64,000 bases of DNA from an uncultured Pseudomonadales bacterium (GTDB lineage Bacteria > Patescibacteriota > Microgenomatia > UBA1400 > PJMF01). The number at the start of each line of letters is the position of its first letter. Position 1 is the stretch's first letter. Of this stretch, positions 47,031 to 56,434 are shown piece after piece. The notes under the pieces were generated by a model. It was given only the letters and a program-made list of their open reading frames with translations. It had not been told where the DNA came from and ran no database searches. The translations under genes and the position numbers were made by a program. The stretch spans positions 11,317 to 75,316 of the forward strand of contig CAYUQY010000002.1 of assembly GCA_964447075.1 (NCBI GenBank), given 5' to 3'.

Positions 47031-47235
47031 AACAATACTTCCTCCCTGTAGATACAGGGCTGATCAAAAAGGGGAGGATAGCAAGTGAAAATTTGGCGGC
47101 GACTTACTTAAAAGACACTATTTTCGTACTAACCTAAAAGCGTACTCGAGGCACGCACCGTTCTTTTTGTGATGAACGCTTTAAAAATTGCGTCCTTAAG
47201 GTGGTAATTGTACAGTACATTTTCTGCTTTGTCTA
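47031..47235 (-). promoter_or_regulatory. Promoter and structured 5' leader (about 170 nt) of the DEAD-box helicase gene
   Basis: TAGACA (47235-47230)-17-TACAAT (47212-47207); SD GGGAGGA with upstream complement UCCUCCC; hairpins CCCUGUA-UC-UACAGGG and GCGUGC-CUCGA-GUACGC. Confidence 0.6.
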
Positions 47236-47255
47236 TAGTTATAGGCTAACAGTCC

Positions 47256-50054
47256 TTAACCTGACTCGCTTCTTACCGCTACGTCACCAGACATAGGGCA
47301 GCTCTCAAAAAGCCTATCTCTGAAGTACTCCATGTACTCGCTACCTGGATCAAACTTGGGGTACTTCAAGTACTCCTTAGGGACATCATAGTGACCTATG
47401 AAGCTCTGGACAGGAATTTTATACTGCAGTCTGACCTGGCACGCATTTTCCACGGCTAGATCTGAAATTTTAAGTAACTCTTGAGTGTGATTCCTCACCG
47501 TAATTTGGGTATATTTACTGTCCTTGCCTTCAGTCGTATTTTGGGCAAAGTGATCACAGATCGCCTCAACATCCTGATTGAAATCAACATAGGCCTGGTC
47601 AGGAATCGAGTCTGGAGCAAGCTTACCAGCCAGAACTTGATTGAAACAGACCCCACTCAGCTCATTATTGAGCGCCACAAAGTTGGAGTTCCTGCCCGTA
47701 CAAGCTGCACGCTCAACTCTATCACTGTAGAACTTCATCAGAGCCCAAACTCCGTCCTTGTCCGTCGCAAGCTGGCATGACGAGCCATTTCCTTCTACAA
47801 CACCTTTTATGGTTGACGCATCTAACCAAGCGCCAGCCCAGTGAACTACGAAGTACTTTGGAACTACGCAGACATCTATGAGTCTTCCGTAACGCACATT
47901 TTCTTTGATCAGATTTATTTTGTCTTCAGCTACAAGACTCTCAGTTATAGAATCGCCGCTACAGTTGATGTAGCTACTTTTTTTAATTTGCTTCAGTAGC
48001 TCATCCTGGTTCAGCTCTATTTGATACTTAGGCTGATACCTGAGTCTAGTGCTTGAAGGTATGTTACTGACCATTGGACTCTCCAGATTATCAGCATCGG
48101 TCGGCTGAGCTTCCAAGCCAGAGTTGACCATTGGTAGTCCTTTTCTGCGACACATCACTAAGATTAGGTCTGAAAGTGAGTTGGCTTGAATTGGAGTCAA
48201 GAAATCGTTGGGCAGAGTGTGACACTCAAAGTTTTGGGTAGCATAAAGTAGAGGCACCAGATCCTGAGTAAACAAATCAGTTACCACTATGAAGTTATTG
48301 ATAGAGCTAAGTAACTTAAAAGTATTCTCATACTGTTTATTGGTCTTACCAGAGCTACGGTACTTTATCTCATCTTGTGAAGTAATATTTTCCAAGACAG
48401 GCTTTCCTTTGAGAGCCCCTAAGAAATTGATAAAATTATTCTCCCCATAACTGGTAGTCAATGAGCCATCTACAGCGTCCCAGAGTACAGTATATTTGTC
48501 AGCAATCTGGTAAACATTGTCATTAAAAAACAACTTCAATCCAGCTGCATACTCAGACAAAAAATAGGATGTACTCTGAGAATTTTTTAAGGATGGATAA
48601 GGTCGCCACGAATAATCAGACTTTAGTGACAGAGCCACACTTATCACACTCATGAGGAAGATAAATCTGGATACATTTTTTTTCGCCAGAAAAGTAATCA
48701 GAATCTTATGGAGAGAAGCTGGGTTATCAAAGATAATCCAAATAAGTACTATAAAATGCAGCGGTGCGATGTATCTGCCGTAACCAGAATAAAGTGACCA
48801 AAAAAAGTATGTTGCTACAACAGTTATGGAAAAGTAGAATCTCGAAGTAAAAATTCCTCGTCGAGATAAAAGGGCAGAACTTGACTGCAGCAAACAGTAA
48901 AGATATGCAAAGCCTGACACCAGAACAAGAAAAATATTGGCATACCAAGAGATATAAATTTCTGTGTAGCGAGAGGTGAACGAGCCAATAATTGGCCAGG
49001 TTATTGCTTCCAGAGCCGAGCGCGGTCCAAAGTCACTTGACTCAGAGTGCCTAAGCTGGTGAACATACCATGACCCTGAGAGTTTATTAAAAATTTGTGA
49101 AGTGCTCTCACCTGAAATATCAAGTTGAACCAGATGCATTTCCTCCAAAGTTACGCGGATAAAGTAAAAACTACTCACTCCAATAAAGATCAGGACTGGA
49201 AGAATAAATTTAAGCCACTGTTTAAACTCTTGGAGCTGTTTTTTTAATGACCAAAAAACAGATAGACAGATAAATAACCAGAACGGGGAAAAAACTACGA
49301 CCGACTGCTTGGTTAAAATTGACATAACTACAAAAATAATAACTAGGGTAGCTGAAGATAAGTTGCTCTTAGTAGGCAGAGATTTAAATTTTAAAAATTG
49401 ATAGAAGGCTTCTAAACAAATCAAAGCGCTCCAAACGTCTGTCATAAAAGTAGCGTGCGTGGCAACGAGTAAGGGAAAGTAAAAGAAGCCAACGAAAGTA
49501 ATAAAGATCAACTTTGGAGATTTCTCTGGCATTAATTCTGTAAATCTACTAGCCAGAGAAACGACCCAGATCGAGAGTAAAAAACCACTTAACAAGAGTG
49601 TAGCTCTAATCCCAATACTTGCCAAAAAAGGAGTGTAGTTTTGATTAAGAGCTGGATATTTATACTGAGCAATTCCGTTAAAGTTACCACTGCTGAAAGG
49701 CGACTGACTATAAAATGCGGCAGGAATGTGAAAAGCCAGATCATCATGAGTAGGATAGTAGAGAGGTGTTCTAATTATAAAAAGGGCAAAACAGACACCA
49801 AAAAGTGCCACCGATAATTTTTTATGGCTAGAAACTAAAGCAAATTCACTTCTCCATCTCAAACCATAAAATAAGACTACGGCAAAAAGTAGAACATGTA
49901 GGCCGACAGAGACCCACCCTTCACCAGACAATGGAATCAGAGCAACAACTGAAAGATAAGCCATGTTTGAGGCTGTGGAGCAGAGAAACAAAAAAGGAAG
50001 TGCTTGAAAAAGTACTGAGAGAAAATAATTTACCCCTTTTTTAGCAAACTTCAT
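47256..50054 (-). CDS. Polytopic GT-C-like membrane protein fused to a C-terminal Amidase_2 (N-acetylmuramoyl-L-alanine amidase-like) domain
   Basis: Many TMs with HDDLAFH loop motif, YP and TKQ; C-terminal FVVHWAG, NNEL.G, FIGHYDV and KFDPG; TATACT 7 nt before ATG. Confidence 0.7.
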   Translation of the reverse strand: MKFAKKGVNYFLSVLFQALPFLFLCSTASNMAYLSVVALIPLSGEGWVSVGLHVLLFAVVLFYGLRWRSEFALVSSHKKLSVALFGVCFALFIIRTPLYYPTHDDLAFHIPAAFYSQSPFSSGNFNGIAQYKYPALNQNYTPFLASIGIRATLLLSGFLLSIWVVSLASRFTELMPEKSPKLIFITFVGFFYFPLLVATHATFMTDVWSALICLEAFYQFLKFKSLPTKSNLSSATLVIIFVVMSILTKQSVVVFSPFWLFICLSVFWSLKKQLQEFKQWLKFILPVLIFIGVSSFYFIRVTLEEMHLVQLDISGESTSQIFNKLSGSWYVHQLRHSESSDFGPRSALEAITWPIIGSFTSRYTEIYISWYANIFLVLVSGFAYLYCLLQSSSALLSRRGIFTSRFYFSITVVATYFFWSLYSGYGRYIAPLHFIVLIWIIFDNPASLHKILITFLAKKNVSRFIFLMSVISVALSLKSDYSWRPYPSLKNSQSTSYFLSEYAAGLKLFFNDNVYQIADKYTVLWDAVDGSLTTSYGENNFINFLGALKGKPVLENITSQDEIKYRSSGKTNKQYENTFKLLSSINNFIVVTDLFTQDLVPLLYATQNFECHTLPNDFLTPIQANSLSDLILVMCRRKGLPMVNSGLEAQPTDADNLESPMVSNIPSSTRLRYQPKYQIELNQDELLKQIKKSSYINCSGDSITESLVAEDKINLIKENVRYGRLIDVCVVPKYFVVHWAGAWLDASTIKGVVEGNGSSCQLATDKDGVWALMKFYSDRVERAACTGRNSNFVALNNELSGVCFNQVLAGKLAPDSIPDQAYVDFNQDVEAICDHFAQNTTEGKDSKYTQITVRNHTQELLKISDLAVENACQVRLQYKIPVQSFIGHYDVPKEYLKYPKFDPGSEYMEYFRDRLFESCPMSGDVAVRSESG

Positions 50055-50156
50055 GACAACTAGTATACGTTGTACCGACAGTTCTGATCCAGTACATCAA
50101 GTTATGACTTAAAGACACATTCCTTAGGCATCTATCTGGACAACCACAAAAATATA

Positions 50157-50281
50157 AGAGTATGAGGTCATGATCCAATCCACTCCTGATATTTTTTATA
50201 TTGACCAAGAAGGTCTAAAGAGCCTAAAGCTGGTAGGTGTTGCTTATTCTCACATCAATCGAGAAGATTTTGCCACTCAAG
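50157..50281 (+). repeat. Direct repeat copy 1 (125 bp, identical to 52765-52889; imperfect extension from 50137)
   Basis: Base-by-base identity from AGAGTATGAGGTCATGATCC to GCCACTCAAG. Confidence 0.95.
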
Positions 50282-50331
50282 GCCAAGGCTTGCCAGCCAC
50301 GAGAATTCCCTTAAGCACCGCCTCACCCTGA
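50170..50331 (+). pseudogene. Truncated duplicate of the first 37 codons of the Ddl-like gene plus 16 unrelated codons
   Basis: MIQSTPDIFY...REDFATQ identical to the 52778 ORF, then GQGLPATRIPLSTASP-stop. Confidence 0.85.
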
Positions 50332-50828
50332 TCATCCACAACAACCCTAGCTGCTGCCTCCTTACGAAAAAAGCTAAAGTTACGTCCCGTTCCTTCGGGA
50401 ATAAAGTACTCTTCAACTCCATATGTTATGTGATAACGTGGAATCGTAAACTGCTGATTGAGTACATCAGTCTGATCCACTATATCTCCGCTTGTTACCA
50501 TGCCTTTAATAAAAATCTGATCCGAACCTATCGGCTTCTTCAACAGAGCGCGCTGGGCAATCCAGTAGTTGCCATTCTTTACTAAAAGAACATAGACAGT
50601 CTCACCATTTTTAATTCTAGCAAAGTCAAAATAGGCTGACTCTAGCTCAGAAATATCATACTGGAACGTGACGTAGTCACCTCGCAATGGACTGTTGGGG
50701 TCAACAGGTGCAATTCTAAGCACTACCTCGGTCCCCCCAGTAAGGATCATGAGTTTAGTAACAATCATGACGGCGATGATCAATAGTTGCAGAGCAACTG
50801 CCAGAGAAAATTTGAGTTGTTTAGTCAT
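50277..50828 (-). CDS. GDYXXLXY-family membrane-anchored protein
   Basis: APVDP.S.LRGDYVTFQY, YGVEEYFIPEG.G and G.AVL. Confidence 0.9.
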   Translation of the reverse strand: MTKQLKFSLAVALQLLIIAVMIVTKLMILTGGTEVVLRIAPVDPNSPLRGDYVTFQYDISELESAYFDFARIKNGETVYVLLVKNGNYWIAQRALLKKPIGSDQIFIKGMVTSGDIVDQTDVLNQQFTIPRYHITYGVEEYFIPEGTGRNFSFFRKEAAARVVVDDQGEAVLKGILVAGKPWP

Positions 50829-51956
50829 GATTGTGTCTGTATTTGAGCTGGTACTATCGACTCTGCTTTGATGTTAGCCAACATGATTCTCCTACCTTTC
50901 TCCATGAACCAACCTACAACAAAAAGAAGGATGCCGGCGCCAATGAAGAAAAGACTCTTATCCAAGTAAGTAAAGAACCAGTCAAAGTACTTCACTACCA
51001 CTAAGATAAAAAGAAAGACTGTTCCTAAATTTATTAGCCAGCTTTCTCTCCTAAGATAACCTGAGAAAATTAATCCCAGCACTTCAAAAAAAACCGTAAT
51101 ATTAAAAATAACCGACCAGATAATGCCCGCACTCGCCAACTGGTTACCCGCTCCAGATACAGAGTAAAAAGAAGGATTATTTCCTGACTGAACAAAAATT
51201 GTTTGTTGAGGTAAGAAAACCGTCAGACCAAACAAGAATGTAAGGAACACAACTGCAGCAGTCTCAGCTGGTAACATCAATTTTCTACTAAATACGTAAA
51301 AAATCATTCCTAGTAAGGACACCAGTAAGATGGTCATTGATAAAGTAGCTTCCCAGGAACTCAAAAGTGAGCCACCAACTGTTAAGTCTGACAAAATTCC
51401 TAAGCCAGGTTTTGTAGATAACACAAACAATACTCCTGTTACCAACAAGATGCCAAACATCAGGTATACCAAAGAGAAACGCTTCTCTTTTAAGTCTCTT
51501 TCGTGAAAATGTCCAACAACGTAAAATAATAAGGCTAAACATAGTTCCAACTAAAATTGCAGAACTTTTGAGCTCATGACCGCGCGTCCATTGGGATGCC
51601 TGCAGTCCCCACCAACTCACCATACCAATCAAACTAAAAATGAGAGTAGCTAAAGCTCTAAAGTAGTAAGTCGTCACAAATCCTAGTACTGTAGTCAAGA
51701 TAACTATGGTTCTCCAATCGATCGGATCACCCAATAGTCGATCGATGGATAGCATGGTCACACCTAAGAAAAACATTGACAGGAGTAGAAACCACTGGCT
51801 AAGTGCATCTTCTTTTGAAAGAGCCAGCTGTAGATACCAAGATGAGTTTTGAGAAGGGTGAACATTGACGTTTTTTCTTGTTAGAAAGTAGACTATGAGG
51901 GCAGGAATACCTACAGGTGGGAAAGCAATAGCTAGGATAATAATTAGTATCAACAT
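50825..51956 (-). pseudogene. Frameshifted polytopic membrane protein (DUF2157/DUF4401-type partner)
   Basis: ORFs 51288-51956 and 50825-51550 join by a frame change near 51535-51545 (..VGTM / LALLFYVVG..); C-terminal YFDWF...KSLFFI..G.LL. Confidence 0.7.
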
Positions 51957-51962
51957 GATTGT

Positions 51963-52655
51963 TTAGTAGTAGCCTTTTAGATCATCTGGCATGTTCCTGC
52001 GAATACTCCAACCAAAAGTAAAAGTGATGGCTGTTGCAACTATCAAGAGTCCTGTTGATGTCAGAAGGAAGCTGCTTGCGGTAAAACTAGAGATAATATT
52101 GTAAGGATGACCTAAAATAGCTGCTATGCCTAGTGGTATTGCTAAGTAATAGAGGGGATACGACTCCAGAGCATATGCCAGGGCAATGGTGCCCAACATC
52201 CAGAGAATAAAGCCGTCTGGCCAGTTTGCCCTGATGTGAAACATCTGAGCCACTAAGAAGATACCTGCGCCAAAAATTATTGCGCCAAGTAAGATTAATG
52301 CCTCACCAGTTTTGAGTAATTGATACTTTTCTTTTAGGCTCCAACCAAGAGCATACGAGGTAAGCATACTCAGGACAATTATTGAGATCTTGATCGGCTT
52401 ATCCATCACTTGCCAGTTAGAGGCAATGAATGAAAAAATGCCCGCTCCTACCAGCAGAGCGGCAAAGGTCAGAATGATGTTGATCGTTTTTTTCTGAGTA
52501 TCTTCTTTTTGTTGATCTGAAGTTAACGAATTTAAGTTTGCTTGAATTCTGTCAATTTTTATTCCCTGTCCAAGAAGTTCACTATATAGGTCTTCCTTGG
52601 ACTTACCCTGAAGTATCGAGGTTTGAATATATGCTGCTAGCTGCTGATCATTCAT
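51963..52655 (-). CDS. DUF2157 membrane protein
   Basis: LLVGAGIFSFIASNW, GAGIFLVAQMFHI and WPDG..LW. Confidence 0.88.
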   Translation of the reverse strand: MNDQQLAAYIQTSILQGKSKEDLYSELLGQGIKIDRIQANLNSLTSDQQKEDTQKKTINIILTFAALLVGAGIFSFIASNWQVMDKPIKISIIVLSMLTSYALGWSLKEKYQLLKTGEALILLGAIIFGAGIFLVAQMFHIRANWPDGFILWMLGTIALAYALESYPLYYLAIPLGIAAILGHPYNIISSFTASSFLLTSTGLLIVATAITFTFGWSIRRNMPDDLKGYY

Positions 52656-52764
52656 AGAGTATTTTGTCTCAACTAAGTTTACACTCTTATTTGCATTTTA
52701 ATTCAACTAGAAGTCAACCATTTAGATGGTGCTCGGCCTGAGTGGACAATCACAAAAATATATG

Positions 52765-52889
52765 AGAGTATGAGGTCATGATCCAATCCACTCCTGATAT
52801 TTTTTATATTGACCAAGAAGGTCTAAAGAGCCTAAAGCTGGTAGGTGTTGCTTATTCTCACATCAATCGAGAAGATTTTGCCACTCAAG
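52765..52889 (+). repeat. Direct repeat copy 2 (promoter and 5' end of the intact Ddl-like gene)
   Basis: Identical to 50157-50281; preceded by TGGACA-17-GAGTAT (with TGn), 6 nt before ATG. Confidence 0.95.
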
Positions 52890-53818
52890 CGGCCTACGAT
52901 GGAGAAATAGAGGTAGAGGACAGAGCTGAAGAAGTGATAGCTGAGATAGCCAAGCTTGGTGTCCCTGTCAAAGGTTATGCCGGAGACTCGTACTTCTTCA
53001 CAAATGTCCTAGTGGATAAACCAAATTTGATTCTTAATCTAGTCGACACTGTGCGTGGTCGTGATGCCCTCCAACCAGCTATTCCTGGAGCCCTAGAGCT
53101 CTCCAATGTTCAGTACACTGGAGCCGGCATGAGTGGCTTGGTGATAGGTAACAATCGCCACATGTTCAAGCAGCTCTTGATAGCCCATGACATCCCAACT
53201 CCTCAATACAAGTTTATTCGTGACTTGCGTTCAAAGATTCCAGAGTCTCTGGGTCTTCCATTAATTGTCAAACTCAATGAAAGTGGTGGTAGCGTAGGCA
53301 TAGACAACAAAGCTGTCAAAGAAACTCTAGAAGCAGCGACTAAAAAAGTTGAAAGCATGATCGATGCTTATAAAATTCCTGTCATTGTCGAAAAATTTAT
53401 CAACGGTCCAGAAATCACAGCAGTGATTTACGATGATAGTCGTCGCAAGCACATCTTTTTAGGTCAGAAAATCTTCAGACTCCAACCTGATGGAAAGCAT
53501 GACTTCACCAGTCTTGAGAGCTATGAGGATATCAAAGCTTATAAGTACAAAGTTCCAGACCAAGCTATTATCGATAAAATTAATCCTTTAGTAGCAAGAG
53601 CCTTCGACACTCTCGGCTGTCGTGACTACGCCAAGTTTGACATCAGATGGGAAGAATCTACTTCTACTCCCTACTTTATAGACTGTAACCCAAACACAGC
53701 TCTAGGACCAGACAAAGGCCTGCCAATGACTGAGGTCTTGATGCTTCACGGTATTGACTTCACCACCCTCCTCAAGAGTCTCTTGAGCAAACACGCTCGC
53801 ACACTGCAGAGGCAGTAG
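52778..53818 (+). CDS. D-alanine--D-alanine ligase-like ATP-grasp protein (non-canonical)
   Basis: YTGA, PLIVKL..GGSVGI, VEKFINGPE, LGCRDYAKFDIR and FIDCNPN; substrate uncertain. Confidence 0.8.
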   Translation: MIQSTPDIFYIDQEGLKSLKLVGVAYSHINREDFATQAAYDGEIEVEDRAEEVIAEIAKLGVPVKGYAGDSYFFTNVLVDKPNLILNLVDTVRGRDALQPAIPGALELSNVQYTGAGMSGLVIGNNRHMFKQLLIAHDIPTPQYKFIRDLRSKIPESLGLPLIVKLNESGGSVGIDNKAVKETLEAATKKVESMIDAYKIPVIVEKFINGPEITAVIYDDSRRKHIFLGQKIFRLQPDGKHDFTSLESYEDIKAYKYKVPDQAIIDKINPLVARAFDTLGCRDYAKFDIRWEESTSTPYFIDCNPNTALGPDKGLPMTEVLMLHGIDFTTLLKSLLSKHARTLQRQ

Positions 53819-53882
53819 GGCTAGACTCTGGCTATATTTTCCGGGGAGTGATTGAGAGATAGCCAGCCCACCATGCGTGTAA

Positions 53883-55652
53883 CTACTTGCAGACACTTTT
53901 TGCATACTCTATATACTTAGCCACAAGCTCTGAGTTTTCCTTAATGAGCTGATAAGCCTGCCACTCTCTAAAGTTAAACTGAGTGATGTCGGTAAGCGGG
54001 GCGCCACCTTTTTCTAAGGCTTGGTATTTACTGCTCAACCTCTGCAACTTATATTCAAGATAGCTCGACTGCCTTTTTAAAATTATTTTATCGACAGGGG
54101 GACCGTAAGGTGGGTAATCCGTGATGTCTTCAGTGTAAGCGACGCAAATTGGCAGATAGTTACTACCGAAGGAATCAACACCAGCCGAGGAGAAGTACCC
54201 CCAATAATAATTCCTATCTGGCTTAGCAATTTTAGTAGTCATCGCTTCTCCCATGTGTGACTCCCAAAACCCAAGATTATCGTAGGAATTGCCCACGATA
54301 TAAGCAAAGTCTTTTTGGAGAGACTGGTCGACAAAGTACTTGGGAGCGCCCAGCTGACTAACAAGCATGTCAGTAGGGAAGATATTCAAACACAGAATAA
54401 AGATAGAAAAACTTAGTACTTGCGAACGAAAAATGACTTTTGCAGTGATCTTTTGATAAATTTGAAAGATGGTAGAAATAAAAGTCAGCAAAATGATCAA
54501 AGTTAAACCAGTAGCTAATATGCGCTGATCCTTAAGCCCAAAAGTAGACTGAAGCACATAGAGCTTGTGAGCCATAAAGACGCTGACGGCGACCAGCTGA
54601 AGGCTAAAAACGGTTAAAATTTGTTTTATACTTCTGGATTGTTCATCACAAATCGCTATTCTTCTAAGAATAAACTGAATCAAGCAGTAGCCTAAAAATG
54701 AAACCACGATTAGCTCAAGAAAACCTTTCTGTACATATTGAGATATAACCGTGAAAGTCAGCTTGGCAATATCCTGGAAAAGTAACTTAGCTTGAAAACT
54801 AGAGAAGATAAAAAACAATGAAGCAACACCAAAAATGATAATCTTGAAGGTCACTAACTTCCATTGGTTCTCGAACTCTTCATCTTGATCGTGAGATCTA
54901 GAAAGCGTCAAAAATACAAAGAATAGATAACCTTGGACCAGACCTTGAAGCAAAATTCTAAATATGTCGATCTCAAAAATGAAACTTATGATCTTTTGAA
55001 TCCAGTAAAAGATATCTGAAGTAAACTTGACATACTCTTGATTAATACCTAAGAAAAGTACATGAAATATCAGCATTACGGGTATAGATAAAAGTAACCC
55101 TGAGGCGACTGACATTCTCAGAGTAAAGTTAATGTTCTTAGCCTTAAACCTCATGTAACTACTCAAACTTGTCAGAGAAAGAATGTTCAAGATGTAGTAC
55201 TTGGAGTAACGTAACGAACTACCAACAAGCTCCGAGAGTGAGTCTTGAGACCTACCCTCAAAAATATATATAGATAAGATAAGTGTAATCACCCAAACTA
55301 CCTTCGAAGTTACATCCAGCATGAGTGAGTTGGTTGTGACAGATAAAAATACCGATAAGAAAGCACCAAGACCCATCAATAATTTATGATATTTTTCAAA
55401 AGGCAGATTACGACTGCGGCCCATCAAGAAAATTAAGCTAAAAATAGTCAAGTGAAAAAGAGTAGCCTGAAGATTGCTTCCTATTTTAAAAAAACCAATA
55501 AAAACTACATAAAGTATACCTATGATAAAACTCAAGCTCTTGGTGCTCAAGTAAAAGCGCGCGAGACAGTTATCAAGACTAAAACTAGCCATCAGCTTTT
55601 CATTTGGTGGGGCAGTGTTTTCTAAACTAGGTGAGTGAACTGCTTGTTTCAT
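53883..55652 (-). CDS. DUF4153/DUF4173-like membrane protein
   Basis: GLLLSIP...F..LF, QYVQKGFLELI.V, KLYV....FGL...RI; polytopic. Confidence 0.7.
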   Translation of the reverse strand: MKQAVHSPSLENTAPPNEKLMASFSLDNCLARFYLSTKSLSFIIGILYVVFIGFFKIGSNLQATLFHLTIFSLIFLMGRSRNLPFEKYHKLLMGLGAFLSVFLSVTTNSLMLDVTSKVVWVITLILSIYIFEGRSQDSLSELVGSSLRYSKYYILNILSLTSLSSYMRFKAKNINFTLRMSVASGLLLSIPVMLIFHVLFLGINQEYVKFTSDIFYWIQKIISFIFEIDIFRILLQGLVQGYLFFVFLTLSRSHDQDEEFENQWKLVTFKIIIFGVASLFFIFSSFQAKLLFQDIAKLTFTVISQYVQKGFLELIVVSFLGYCLIQFILRRIAICDEQSRSIKQILTVFSLQLVAVSVFMAHKLYVLQSTFGLKDQRILATGLTLIILLTFISTIFQIYQKITAKVIFRSQVLSFSIFILCLNIFPTDMLVSQLGAPKYFVDQSLQKDFAYIVGNSYDNLGFWESHMGEAMTTKIAKPDRNYYWGYFSSAGVDSFGSNYLPICVAYTEDITDYPPYGPPVDKIILKRQSSYLEYKLQRLSSKYQALEKGGAPLTDITQFNFREWQAYQLIKENSELVAKYIEYAKSVCK

Positions 55653-55654
55653 AT

Positions 55655-56380
55655 CTACTTTCCAAATCTTCTGTGACGAGCTGCAAACTCTTTTAGTACT
55701 TCATCTAATCTGTCTGGTGTAAAATCTGGAAAACCAAACTTAGGAAAAGCAAACTCGCTGTAAGCAGACTGCCAGCTCATGAAGCCAGACAGCCTCATCT
55801 GACCACTGGTGCGAACAATCAAATCTGGATCAGGTATACCTTTAGTATCTAAGTTAGACTCAATCTCAGCTGCTGTGACTTCCTGTCCAGCTAACTTACT
55901 TGAGAGCAACTTATTAACTGCTCTGAGTAGTTCGTCATGTCCGCCATAGTTCACGGCTATAACCACTATTAGTCCAGTGTTGTCTTTAGTTAGTTCGAGA
56001 CCTTCTTTAATTTTTTCCTGAATGTCAGTCGCCAGTCTGCTCGGATCACCAATCATAATCACACGAATATTCTTTTCGTGTAGTCTCTGAACTTGTGAAT
56101 CAAAAAACTCTCTAAATAAATCCATTAAGTAACCTACCTCCTTCTTATCGCGCTTCCAGTTCTCGGTACTAAAGACCCAGAATGTTAAGTACTTAATGCC
56201 TCGCAAGGCAGCTCTATCCACAAGTGGCTCAATCACTTTTTGGGTAGCTTGTCTGTGACCAAGAAAAGCCTCCAAACCATGAGCTCGAGCCCATGTTCTA
56301 TTGCCATCACAGATAATCGCGACGTGACTAGGTCCCTTAAGATCTGAATTTGATAGTTTTGAATCAGAATTAATTTTCAT
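55655..56380 (-). CDS. uppS: Undecaprenyl/polyprenyl diphosphate synthase
   Basis: HVAIICDGNRTWA, FSTENWKR, NYGG, PDLIVRTSG..RLSGF..WQ and RRFG. Confidence 0.96.
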   Translation of the reverse strand: MKINSDSKLSNSDLKGPSHVAIICDGNRTWARAHGLEAFLGHRQATQKVIEPLVDRAALRGIKYLTFWVFSTENWKRDKKEVGYLMDLFREFFDSQVQRLHEKNIRVIMIGDPSRLATDIQEKIKEGLELTKDNTGLIVVIAVNYGGHDELLRAVNKLLSSKLAGQEVTAAEIESNLDTKGIPDPDLIVRTSGQMRLSGFMSWQSAYSEFAFPKFGFPDFTPDRLDEVLKEFAARHRRFGK

Positions 56381-56434
56381 AACTTCACAGCCCTTTATAT
56401 ATTTACCAATTTAATCTCAATCTACTTACTGCTT

